From the NCBI RefSeq assembly GCF_001194135.2, contig NC_068997.1, positions 46,655,791 to 46,699,675 on the forward strand: 43,885 nucleotides of DNA, read 5' to 3'. This document shows, piece by piece, positions 21,618 through 32,900 of the stretch. Both the position numbers and the translations under genes were made by a program. This stretch comes from Octopus bimaculoides (Eukaryota). Positions within the stretch are counted from its first letter, which is position 1; every line of letters begins with the position of its first letter. The notes below the pieces were generated by a model. That model was given only the letters and a program-made list of their open reading frames with translations. It was not told where the DNA came from and ran no database searches.

Positions 21618-21832
21618 CAAGGCAGTGAGCTGGCAGAAAGGTTACCACGCCGGGCGAAATACTTAGTGGTATTTCGTCTGTCGTTACGTTCTGAGTTCAA
21701 ATTTCACTGAGGTCAACTTTGCCTTTCATCCTTTCGGGGTCAATAAATAAAGTACCAGTTGCATACTGAGGTTAATCTAATAGACTGGCCCCCTACCTCA
21801 AAATTTTGGGCCTTGTGCCTAGTGTAGAAAAG
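21618..21832 (+). mobile_element. SINE family A, full length with 19-bp target-site duplication
   Basis: AATATGATCAACTAAAAAA at 21599-21617 and 21833-21851; A/B-box-like head. Confidence 0.92.
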
Positions 21833-22565
21833 AATATGATCAACTAAAAAAATCCTGCAAGTCAATGCCCCAGCATGGGCATAACCCAATGACTGAAACT
21901 GGCAAAATAATAATACAGTGGTTCTCAACCAGGGTCCATATAAGATTTTATTTTTTGGTAGGGGTCACATAACAAAACAGTAAATTGGGGATCCATAACA
22001 ATATTTTAAAGGCCCCTGAAAAACTTCTGCTTTAGATGTATGTATTGGTAAGTATTGCAAGAAACAACTAGGTTTCCATTAGGCAAAATAAGCATGTGGT
22101 TTTCAACTGGGGTCCATATAAGATTTTGGTGGGGGTCCACGCAACAGTAAATTGGGGATCCACAATAGTATTTTAAAGGCCCCTGAAAATATTTTGCATT
22201 AGCTGTATGTATAGGTACGTGTTATGATGTGGGTATACAATTCTGGTGTAAAATAGCATTATACAAATAAATAGTTGCTTGTGGTTATCTAAAAATAATC
22301 TATCCCAGAAATACATGTTAACATAGAATGCACTCTGTATTACTCAAACATAGCATTCACTGTTCAACTATTGACTGTTAAACCAACACACGTCGAACTA
22401 ACATGGTTAACCAACATGGTCGAATTAACACCGTCAACTATTCTTATCTTTATTAGGCATTACGACCCGAACACAGAGGGGGACACCACAAGGACAGACA
22501 ATACAGTACAACACGTGGGGTACATTTGACGAATGATGACATGGATATAAAATGAAAGGATGAAA

Positions 22566-22605
22566 GTTTCTAACCGGCTTTCATTGCATGGCAAATTTTC
22601 AAGAA
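22566..22605 (-). ncRNA. Candidate variant minimal hammerhead ribozyme (U3-A8 core)
   Basis: Minus strand UUC UUGAAAA U UUGC-CAU-GCAA U GAAA G-CCGG-U UA / GAA. Confidence 0.45.
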
Positions 22606-22925
22606 GGGGGAAAATGAAAATAATGTTTTTTACAGAAAAATAATAAATATACCAATACATTATATTGCTTTTGAGCTTTTAAAGTTCAATGGTAATCCAT
22701 GTAGATAATTGTTAGAAAGATTAGGATGCATGGTTTTTAGTTTAGTGTCATGTTTAAAAAGGCTGAATGTTTGTGTGTCAAACAGGAAATGTGGATAAGG
22801 GGAGACAATTCTGTGGGTTTTATACTCTTTAGTTGGAGCTCTGGACTCTTTGTCAACAGGAAGTTTATGACTGTTCTTAGAGAAACAAGAAGTAAATTTA
22901 TATGTATTTTATTGGGTTATATATA
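22566..22925 (-). mobile_element. Family G element nested in the solo LTR
   Basis: Homologous to 7491-7661, 25060-25210 and 25347-25425; homology starts at the hammerhead-like fold and ends at gggttatatata. Confidence 0.75.
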
Positions 22926-24371
22926 TATGAGCCCCCCACCCAAGCTCACAGCTTCATTTAACTGTTCTTTCATACAGTTTTTAATCATTTTCAAATTTCT
23001 CATCTGCCACCGTCAACTACTCCCTGACAGTTCACTCAGTTCTTATTTATTGTAATAGGCTAGTCCACCTTTAGTCAAGTGGGGGTGTTCAGGAGTCTCC
23101 CATAACAGTATGTATTGCAAGAAACAGCTGGTTTCTTTCTCTAACATTTTATAGGATTCAAATGAAAATAAGAATTTTTAAGGAAGTTCCTATAAAACTA
23201 CTATTTAAACATCATATGGCTAAGGGGGTCCACCAGAATAAAAGAGTAATAAAAAAAAAAAAGGTTTCAGCAATGCAAACAGAAGTATAAAAAAGGAAAA
23301 AAAAATTAAGAGAAACTGACACTAAATCGTGGTCTGGTTTCTCTTTCTTTCTCAGACTACCCTGTACTCTAATATACTCAGGGGAGTATCTCTTACTCTA
23401 ATGGACTCTGAGGGTGTACTTACGTTAAGCTATTCTAGATGAGGTGAGATTGTATGTTGAAGATTATGTCCAGAAGACAATATGTTTTACATTAAACTGT
23501 AAGAAGTATCTTTACTTAAGATTAACAACAGGAAAATAAACAGATGAAAAAATAGACATTTTTGAATTTGTTTTGCAATAATCTAGACCTGAAATAGTGT
23601 TGAAGCTGATACAGTTATACCATGGGAGGGTCATACTGCCAATGAACACACACACATACACTGGTTGTGGTTCACTTTGGCTTTTATTTATATTATCAGA
23701 AATCATATTAAATTATTTTGTTATAATAAAATTATATTAAAATGTATTTTTTAAAAAAATATATAAAAAATATTCAAGGCAAAATGTTAAATGAACACAC
23801 ACACACACTATCAAAACACAAATAAATAAAATAAAAGCAAGGGAAAAAAACCTGCTAAAAATGTAATACTGGAATAATATAATTGTCTGTAAATTTAGGG
23901 CAGGGTCACAGGAAAACCTCTTTGACAAAATAGAAAGAATTGAAATTTGAGCATAATTATTTATTTTATTAGAGTTAATTCCACTCACTTCTCTCTCTTG
24001 GAAATGGAATTAAACAATTGGACAAATATAGTTCCCCTCCTCCTCCGCCGCCGCCACCACTGCAACAATAACAACAACGTGAATGAGGGAGTGTGAGGGT
24101 ATTTATGAGATTGTCGAGCTTGCCTGAAATAGCAGCCAAATCCTTTTGAAATTACACTCTTGGTATCTTAGTAAGGGAAAAGGGTCACATTGGATGCTGT
24201 AGTTACACGTAGATTGGGCTTGAAAAAAGGATAAAATGTTTATGATTTTGTAGTGTCTTAGGAGGATCATTACACCAATAATAACAACACACACACACAC
24301 ACAGGTTCATTATCACTTTATTGTTAGTGAAATGGTTAAATATCTAACCAACTAACTAATCAATTGTTTCT

Positions 24372-24575
24372 TTTACTTCTTTTCCATCTTTTTCTTGATT
24401 CTGTCATTTGACTGAGGCCATGCTTGTAAGATTTTAGTTGAATAAATCGCCCCCCAGGAATTTTTTTTTAACGCCTAGTACTTATTTTACTGGTCTCTTG
24501 TGCCAAACTGCTAAGTTATAGGGATGTAAACACACCAACACTAGTTGTGAAGCAGTGATGGGGGACAAACACAGA
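24372..24575 (-). mobile_element. SINE family B 3' half
   Basis: ctgtcatttgactgaggccatgct...gggatgtaaacacaccaacac...ggggacaaacacag. Confidence 0.7.
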
Positions 24576-24586
24576 TACATAGATAA

Positions 24587-24620
<34 letters not shown>

Positions 24621-24900
24621 CAAAATAAGCAACAAGGATATCTAGAGGTAATGCAGTACGAGCGTTTCATGCAACTCCATTTAATTGAACAATGTAATCA
24701 TTATATCAGTTTAAAATGTAGAGCAATTCTCAGCTGCACAAAGACATAGAATTTAATTAAATTAGAACTGATGGACACAGTAGTATAATTATACCTAAAG
24801 ACTCCAAGAAGTGAAGGAGATAGACAAAGAGCATATTGCTTCTACTACAACAGAGAAGTTAATAAATAAATTGTCAAGAAGACTCTGCCTGTCATTGATT
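24621..24900 (-). mobile_element. Penelope-like terminal repeat fragment adjacent to (TA)n
   Basis: Contains the hammerhead fold at 24651-24739; begins at the end of a (TA)n run. Confidence 0.55.
24651..24739 (-). ncRNA. Type I hammerhead motif with a single core lesion
   Basis: Minus strand GUGCAG CUGAGAA UUGC...UUGCAU GAAA CG-CU-CG UA / CUGCAU; stem I 5 Watson-Crick pairs plus one G-U; GUA triplet; core lacks N7 or has G8A. Confidence 0.6.
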
Positions 24901-24904
24901 TTAG

Positions 24905-24943
<39 letters not shown>

Positions 24944-24945
24944 TA

Positions 24946-25425
24946 TAAGTCAGTAAATGGTGGGGTTGTGTTAACCGCATGTGGAGAAATAATAATAATA
25001 AAGCAGAATGCTAAGCTGAAAATATATTAATATAGATGTGTGTAAGAAAGATTAAAAAGGTTTCTAACCGGCTTTCAAGGCATGGCAAATTTTCAAGAAG
25101 GGGGAAAATGAAAATAATGTTTTTTACAGAAAAATAATAAATATATAAAAAAATAAACATACCAATACATTATATTGTTTTTGAGCTTTTAGAGTTCAAT
25201 GGTAATGCATNNNNNNNNNNNNNNNNNNNNNNNNNNNNNNNNNNNNNNNNNNNNNNNNNNNNNNNNNNNNNNNNNNNNNNNNNNNNNNNNNNNNNNNNNN
25301 NNNNNNNNNNNNNNNNNNNNNNNNNNNNNNNNNNNNNNNNNNNNNNGGACTCTTTGTCAACAGGAAGTTTATGTCTGTTCTTAGAGAAACAGGAAGTAAA
25401 TTTATATGTATTTCATTGGGTTATA
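24946..25425 (-). mobile_element. Family G element, apparently full length (about 480 bp), spanning a 136-N gap
   Basis: Both ends lie in TATA runs; flanks of the gap match 22691-22700 and 22843 onward, 142 nt apart in that copy. Confidence 0.8.
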
Positions 25426-25859
25426 TATATACAAACACACACACATGATGGGCTTCTTTTCAGTTTCTGTTTACCAAATCCACTCACAAGGCTCTAGTAG
25501 AAGACACTTGCCCAAGGTGCCACACCGTGGGACTGAACCTGGAACCATGTGGTTGGGAAACAAGCATTTTACCACACAGCCATGTTTGTCACTGTTTGCA
25601 ACCTTTTCAATGACTTCCTTTTTGCTGTAAGGTCTGCTCTGTGTCTGTCTGAGAATTGGTCCTATATCTGTGTGTATGCATGCTTTTGTGTGTGTGCGTG
25701 TGTATGCATATGTGTGTGTGTGTGTGTGTGTGCACTAACTACCTGTGACCTCTTTTATGTTTTTGATTTTAGGGGATCACAAGATAAGGACTGACTGTGG
25801 GCTACACAACAACATGTGGATGAGGTCGCAGTGGGTGTAGGGGTGCTTGCTCTGAGATT

Positions 25860-26545
25860 TTTGGAATCGCCTGAAATAGCAGCAGAATCCCTTTAAAATT
25901 ACACCATCAGTATCTTACAAAAGAAGGGTATATTGGATGCTGTGGTCATAGGTTACACAACAATGACAACAATAATGTACTGATGATGTAGAGGTTCTAT
26001 GTTGTTGCTCTGTCTGTTAGAAATAGCAACTAAATACCCCCTGAAATCACAGCATTGGTATCCTAGAAAAGAAGGACACATTGGATGATGTGGTCATACC
26101 TACACAGGACCTGAAAAATAGGTAAGATGTTTATGGTTACATATTTTTGACTAGTTAGGGTCTGCACATACAGGGCTGACCTCTGGTCACATGACAACAA
26201 TGTAATGACAAAGTAGAGGATTTTATGTTATTGCTCTGTCTGCTAGAAATAGCAGCCAAACTTCCCCTGAAATTTCACCCTTAGTATTTTAATAAGGAAG
26301 GATGCATTGAATGATCATACTGGCACGGGGCCTATAAAAGGGCTACGATGCTTATGGTTGTAACATACTTTCGACTGTAGGGTCTGCACATTCAGGGCTG
26401 ACCTTAAGTTACACAATGACAATGTACTGATGATGTAGAGGGCTCTATGTTGTTGCTCTATCTACTAGAAATAGCAACCAAAATTCCCCCTGAAATTATA
26501 TCCTTAGTGTCTTAGAAAAGAAGGACATGTTGGATGAGGTGGTCC
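25860..26545. repeat. Head-to-tail tandem array of family H (four GAAATAGC cores; spacing 147, 226, 222 bp)
   Basis: GAAATAGC at 25873, 26020, 26246, 26468; repeated blocks agaaggacacattggatg and agggtctgcacat..cagggctgacc. Confidence 0.85.
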
Positions 26546-27063
26546 TGCATATTGCGTCTCAGAAACGGCCCAGAAGTTCACAACTGGAATACATTTTGCA
26601 TTGTAATGTCTGTTTGAGCAGAGCTGACATAGAGTTTACACAATAACAACATCAACAATATTGATAATAATGATGATGATGATGATGGTGATGATAACAA
26701 CACCAACAAAAACGAAAAAAAAAGTCATTCCCCTATTCTTTAATTCAGTCTTTTATATAGTAGTTCCATTCTCGGTGGAGAAAATGAAGAAATACAAGCA
26801 GACTGGTTTATCTTGGCCAAGGTTGCTTCTAGTATTAATGTTAACTTAAGAAACTAAGATGAAGAGGGTGGTGGTGAGACGTGTGTGTGTGTGTGTGGGG
26901 GGGTTGTAGGTTTGGGGAGTAGTAGAAGATGTGATGAGGTGAGAGGGAAGGAATAAAGTGGGGAGAGGGGAATTGCAAAGAAAAACACTTTTTGCTGAAC
27001 ATTCAGCTTTCAATTCAATACATGTCCATTAAATGTGTAAGAGAGACATAGTGTATATATGAC

Positions 27064-27097
<34 letters not shown>

Positions 27098-27148
27098 TGT
27101 ATGTGTGTATGAGATAGATAGAAAGAGTGAGTGTATGAGAGAGAGAGA

Positions 27149-27190
<42 letters not shown>

Positions 27191-27785
27191 TAGATAGATA
27201 GTATGTGTGTATGAGATAGAGAGAGAGTGAGTATGTGTGTGTATGAGATAGATAAATACAGAGAGAGTGTATGTGTGTGAAAAAGAGAGAGAGAGTGTAT
27301 AGATGACAGTGAGAAAGTTAGCAGGAGAATGTGAATGTGTGGGAGAGAGAATACATGGGAAGGAGAATACATGGGAAGGAGAGTGCATACATGTGTACGC
27401 CTGTGTATGAGAGGAAGTGAGAGTGTCTATGAGTATGTATACATGAGAAAGTGTATGTAAGAGAGAGAGAGATAATATATTTTCCTTAATTGCAAGTTGA
27501 TTGGTCAGTCACATGTCTCTACTTTGTCTTGCCGAAATATGCCGTATGACATCGAATGGTAATTGTGAAATGAGTGTTATCAGCATGCAAGAGGTGTCCT
27601 TTGTTTCTAATGCTCTGGCCACAGGGGAAAATATTGCTTAGCTTGGAGACAAGCGAGGGTTGGCAACAGGAAGGGCACCTGGCTGTAGAAAAATCTGCCT
27701 CAACAAAATTCCGTATTACTCATGCAAACATGGGGAAGCTGATGTTAGACTGATGATGATGAGGATGATGATGGTTATGTGTGTA

Positions 27786-27985
27786 TTCTTTTATTCTTTT
27801 ATTTGATTCAGTCATCTGACTGCGGTCATGCTGGAGCACTGCCTCGAGGGGTCTTAGTTGAACAAATCGACCCCAGGGCTTATTTTTTAAAGCCAAGTAC
27901 TTATTCTATTGCCCTCTTTTGCTGGACTGCTAAGTTACAGGGACGTAAACACACCAACACCGGTTGTCAAGCGGTGATCGGGGGA
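27786..27985 (-). mobile_element. SINE family B 3' half
   Basis: ttcagtcatctgactgcggtcatgctggagcactgcc...cagggacgtaaacacaccaacaccggttgtcaagcggtg. Confidence 0.8.
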
Positions 27986-28607
27986 CAAACAAAAACACAA
28001 TACATCGCCAAATTCAGGAATTGAAACCACAATCTTATGATCATGAGTCCAACACCCTAACCACTAAGCCATGCACCTCAACAAATACCATTAGATCCAT
28101 GCAAGCATGGAAAAGTGGACATCAAAAATGATGATGCCGATGACAACAATGATGGTTACGGCCATGACTGATTGTTTAATGTGCTGTTTCATTTTATTTA
28201 AAACAGGAGGTGTAAGACCTGAGGCAGATTTAGCTGTTATTTCTAGCAGATCCAGTGACTACCGTGAGCCTGCTTTCATTGGCTCATAAACATGCAATGT
28301 TATTGTAACTGCACCAGACATCACCACAGCTCAGAAAAAGCATGATGGATTATTGCTATTTGAAAACACATCACTGTATTCATAACCAGGGGGGTGTGGG
28401 TCGATTTTTCTTTTTTTCTTTTTTTTTTCTTTCCATTTGGATCACACAAAGTTTACTTTCAGCCTCGCTTTTTATTGTTCTGCTTGGTTTATACACAAGC
28501 TTATTCAATCTATCCATATTTTTATTTCTATAATCCATGTAATGCAGCGAAACACCACTACATATGTATGCATATATACACACACTCACACATATGAATG
28601 CACATAC

Positions 28608-28658
<51 letters not shown>

Positions 28659-28720
28659 TATTTACACACACATGCACACATTCACCTTCCACTATATTCA
28701 GTGTAAAGTGTGAAATCTAT

Positions 28721-28751
<31 letters not shown>

Positions 28752-28755
28752 GTAA

Positions 28756-28835
<80 letters not shown>

Positions 28836-29988
28836 GTAGATACATACATAAATACATGCGTGTGTGTGTGTGTGTAGATAGAAACATACACATATATATA
28901 TAGATACACATATATACATATATATACATATGTGCATATATATGTGCATATGCATACATACATACATGCATGCATATGTACACTTATTCACACATGTATA
29001 TTATTTCATTATTAGATATTGATGTGTTATCCTTTTTGCAAGACTAACTACTAACATTTTATCATCATCATCATCGTTACTAGTATTATTATTATTATTA
29101 TCATCCTCATCATCATTGTCATCATCATTATTACATTTGGTTTGATTTTAGCATAACATTGTTTCAATGATGGTGGTGGCACTGCTTGTGGGGCAATGCC
29201 ATTTTTTTTCTACGCCTTTCTCTGTTTATGCCACTGTGCTGCTGTCGTTTCTGCTATTACCTGTGTTGTTTTGTCGTCAAAGCAAATAAGCTGTAATACA
29301 GCACAGATGTTGAATAGGTGAATAATATTTCTAGAATACAAACTTTTCCTACCCTTTGTTGTTTTATAATAGCGTTTTCCTTTTTACAATTTCCTTCCTC
29401 AACACTCTCTCCTCCCCCTCCTCTCTTTCGCCTCCTCCTCTTGATCTTGCTCTAAGTGATGTACTATTGTACAGATCCTGGCTGCCAGGCTTTTACTAAC
29501 GCAGTTCCTACGTCAACATTGCATGTTCGTTACATTTGCATAATACTTCATTGCAAAAGAAAAACAAAAAATAACAAAAAAAAAAGTGTGTGTGTGTGGG
29601 GGTATTTTGTTGTTTTTTTTTTTTTTGGTTGAGNNNNNNNNNNNNNNNNNNNNNNNNNNNNNNNNNNNNNNNNNNNNNNNNNNNNNNNNNNNNNNNNNNN
29701 NNNNNNNNNNNNNNNNNNNNNNNNNNNNNNNNNNNNNNNNNNNNNNNNNNNNNNNNNNNNNNNNNNNNNNNNNNNNNNNNNNNNNNNNNNNNNNNNNNNN
29801 NNNNNNNNNNNNNNNNNNNNNNNNNNNNNNNNNNNNNNNNNNNNNNNNNNNNNNNNNNNNNNNNNNNNNNNNNNNNNNNNNNNNNNNNNNNNNNNNNNNN
29901 NNNNNNNNNNNNNNNNNNNNNNNNNNNNNNNNNNNNNNNNNNNNNNNNNNNNNNNNNNNNNNNNNNNNNNNNNNNNNNNNNNNNNNNN

Positions 29989-30057
<69 letters not shown>

Positions 30058-30344
30058 AAGAAAGAGCTGATTGGACAACAGTGGAAGCAAGAAACCTCTT
30101 AGCACAACTTCTGTATTGTGGTGCTTAAGTGCTAAAAGAATTTGGTTTTTGATGTTGTTGCTGCTGCAGCTGTTATTTAGCCACAGGACAATCCTGACTG
30201 AGAAGTCCTATGATCAAAAGTAATCCAGCTGTGCCCACCCTGTCTTTTAAGAGGTATCTCAAAAGACAGAACTTTTTCAGTCCAGCAAGCCAAAAGTCAA
30301 CATCCCCTTTTTCTCTTCGTCTGTACAGCCACACCTAAAATATT

Positions 30345-30880
30345 GCTGCTCCCTATGTTTCATATGGTTTCCCTATACCAAACAAAACATTGCAAGAGTC
30401 CAGACAGCCTAGAGGGCAATCACTAGGAAATAAAATGGCACGACTAATCTTGATTATTGAGATTGCCTTAAAACATTGAAACTTTATTCTTGTCACCACT
30501 GCTGCTGCCACCACCACCATCACCACCACCACCACCATCACCACCACCACATCATTTGCACACCACGTGAAGACTATACCATCAGCATTGCCCAAACAAC
30601 CTTAACATCAAAGTCAGAATTTATGCAAGGCTGGGACCCTGTGCCATACACCCCCTACACAATTCAGGTTCACAACACAACCAAATTGCAACACAATTAC
30701 TTTTCCTCAACAGGCTCTGCTCTATTTAACATTATTACAAAACAAATCATAGAAGAAAAAGATCCTATCATCTTCAAACAATACCTAGACAAATTTCTTT
30801 AAGGGATACCAGACAAGCCATCCCTGCCTGGATGTATGTCAGTCAACAACTCATTCTTTGAATGGGCCATGATACCACAA
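30345..30880 (+). mobile_element. Decayed CR1/L2-group LINE 3' ORF fragment with an expanded (CAC)n tract
   Basis: KINGTTNLDY*DCLKTLKLYS-[CAC repeat]...TKLQHNYFSSTGSALFNII...FKQYLDKFL*GIPDKPSLPG...NNSFFEW; the poly-His ORF is a microsatellite artefact. Confidence 0.75.
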
Positions 30881-31159
30881 AACATGATTTGTCAGAGAAT
30901 CATTGCTATACATGATCAAACAGCAGCCGAGTTTCCCACATGTCACACACCCTACTATTTTAGGGACACATTGGATATTGCACTACTGGATACACTATAC
31001 TAGAAAAATAAATAAACAAATAAATAATCAGATGATAACTTCCAGAATGCTTTTACTTCATCAGAGCTGAGATGGTACAAAAAATGAATACAACAGCAAT
31101 CACATCAAATCCAGCATCATCTACCAGCAAATATTTTCTTACATGAACTTAGATAAATA

Positions 31160-31304
31160 GGTGCAGGCATTGTGGTATGGCTAAGAAGTTTGTTCCCCAG
31201 CCAAATGATCTTGGGTTCAGTTCCACAGTGTAGCACCTGTCTACTAAAGCTTTGGGCTGACCAAAACACTGTGAGTGGATCTGATAGACAGAAACTGAAA
31301 GACG

Positions 31305-31356
<52 letters not shown>

Positions 31357-31579
31357 GATGTTTGTGTCACTTTGCCCTCACATTGTCTGATTATTGTAAA
31401 CAAATGTCATTCATTTCCAATATTCTGTAAAAACATGTCTGGCCATGGCAAGATATCATCTTACTTAGAAACAGGTAGAAGCTGGCAACAGGAAGGGCAT
31501 CTGGCTGTAGAAAATCTGCCTGAATAAACTCTGTCAGTCTCATACAAGCATGGAAAAGTGGGTATTAAAATGATGGTGG

Positions 31580-31610
<31 letters not shown>
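31160..31610 (+). mobile_element. SINE family B head and (GT)n joined to an RTE-type (GAT)n tail
   Basis: ggtgcaggcattgtggtatggctaagaagtttg...gaaactgaaagacgcc(GT)n...caggaagggcatctggctgtagaaaatctgcc...gcatggaaaagtgg...(GAT)n. Confidence 0.75.
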
Positions 31611-31613
<3 letters not shown>

Positions 31614-32019
31614 GAAACCATAGTATTAATTAAACTTATTCCACTTTTGGACACAAATGTATTTGCTATCTTTTGTGTTATCTATTCTACTAATTGCTAT
31701 TTTCTAATATGTTTCAATTTAAACATATAATTTATATAGAACATTATAAACAGTAATTTCAGAGAGTAAAAAAAAAAAAGAGCAACATTTCTGAGAGTGG
31801 ACTTGTTGCTCTTTTCTATCTTAAACTGGAAATTGGCTCTTGTAATAATATCTATTGTCATTTCAGAAGTGAATTCATCTCCGAAGTTAATTCCTTCGAT
31901 TTTGATTAAATATTTTTATGTTATTCCTTTTTTTAAAAATTTTTATTCTTCCTCACTTCAGGTTTCTATCCACTCCTGCCTTTAAAAGTCTGTTGCTTTT
32001 AATGTCTGTTTTTCTATAG

Positions 32020-32094
32020 TGAAAGGTCAGCCAAGAGTGTGTTATAATGGACACAACTTTATTCCGCACTTGTGCAATTTGTTGGAGAAGATCG
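32020..32094 (+). CDS. Weak candidate 75-nt phase-1 host exon (xKGQPRVCYNGHNFIPHLCNLLEKI)
   Basis: Pyrimidine tract ctgtttttctatAG, donor TCG/GTGAGA, one open frame, length divisible by 3; no recognisable domain. Confidence 0.2.
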
Positions 32095-32854
32095 GTGAGA
32101 ATCGAGGAGATGTGACAAGAGAAGGCAAGGGGGTGGTGGGTGGTGGGAAAAAAATCAATCAAAGACGACAAGAAACACCTGAGAAAGAACACTGTCACTA
32201 GCATTGAACACAAAGGGACCAGAAATAGGATTGGCTAAATTGGGAAGTGTATAACAGGGAAAATGATGTATTTGAGGATAAAGTTATAGGGAGAAGCTAT
32301 TTTGTAGATGAATCAAACCCATGCTATATATGTATGTATAAATGAAAGCACATCGCCTAGTGATTAGGATATTACACTCACGATTGCTAGGCCATGGGTT
32401 CAATTTGCACTATGCTTATGTGTGTGTATATAAGCATATGCATGTGTGTACACAGGGTAGTTGACTTAACTATGCATTATACAGCAGGGAGTGAGAGAAA
32501 GCGTATGTAGCAGGAGGCAGCCTAAAATGTTATATGAAGGGTCACCAAAACAATATTGTAACACCTGCTGCAGGAGGTGCCCATCACTTCCACAGCTGTG
32601 AAAAAGAGTGTAACAGAGAGTTTTGATGTAGTAATCAATGTTGAAGCCCATGAGCTATCGCACAAACTGCCAGAAATAGTAGCCAAATACCCTACTCAAA
32701 CTGCTAGAAGTAGGAACCCAATCTCCTTCAAATTACATACCCATAGCTATATTTAAGCTGTACTGGTTTTGGTGAGGAGATAATAGGAGGATGTTAGAGA
32801 GATGATTGTTAGGGAATATTGATTGGAAGGGGAAACATATGTGAGGAGAGTGTA

Positions 32855-32900
<46 letters not shown>

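Larger units (their letters stand above)
22220..23107. mobile_element. Solo LTR (888 bp including a nested family G insertion)
   Basis: Termini TGTTATG...CATAACA (7-bp inverted repeat); 5-bp TSD GTACG/GTATG (one CpG transition); removing it restores the hAT MITE body. Confidence 0.75.
21916..23275 (+). mobile_element. hAT-type MITE, two partial copies; the second is split by a solo LTR
   Basis: CAGTGGTTCTCAACC terminus (21916) and a second start at 22093; shared body ...agtaaattggggatcc...ggcccctgaaaa...; body resumes at 23108 (gtattgcaagaaacagct). Confidence 0.75.

Noticed and set aside
23356-23443. Strong acceptor (ctttctttctcAG) and GAG/GTGAGA donor
   Set aside because: 88 nt with stops in all three frames; at most a non-coding exon, unsupported.
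25978-26030. CTGATGA ... GAAA in the family H units as a tandem hammerhead (retrozyme) array
   Set aside because: The GAAA is the loop of the CTGCTA/TAGCAG hairpin; no stem I complement or NUH site follows.
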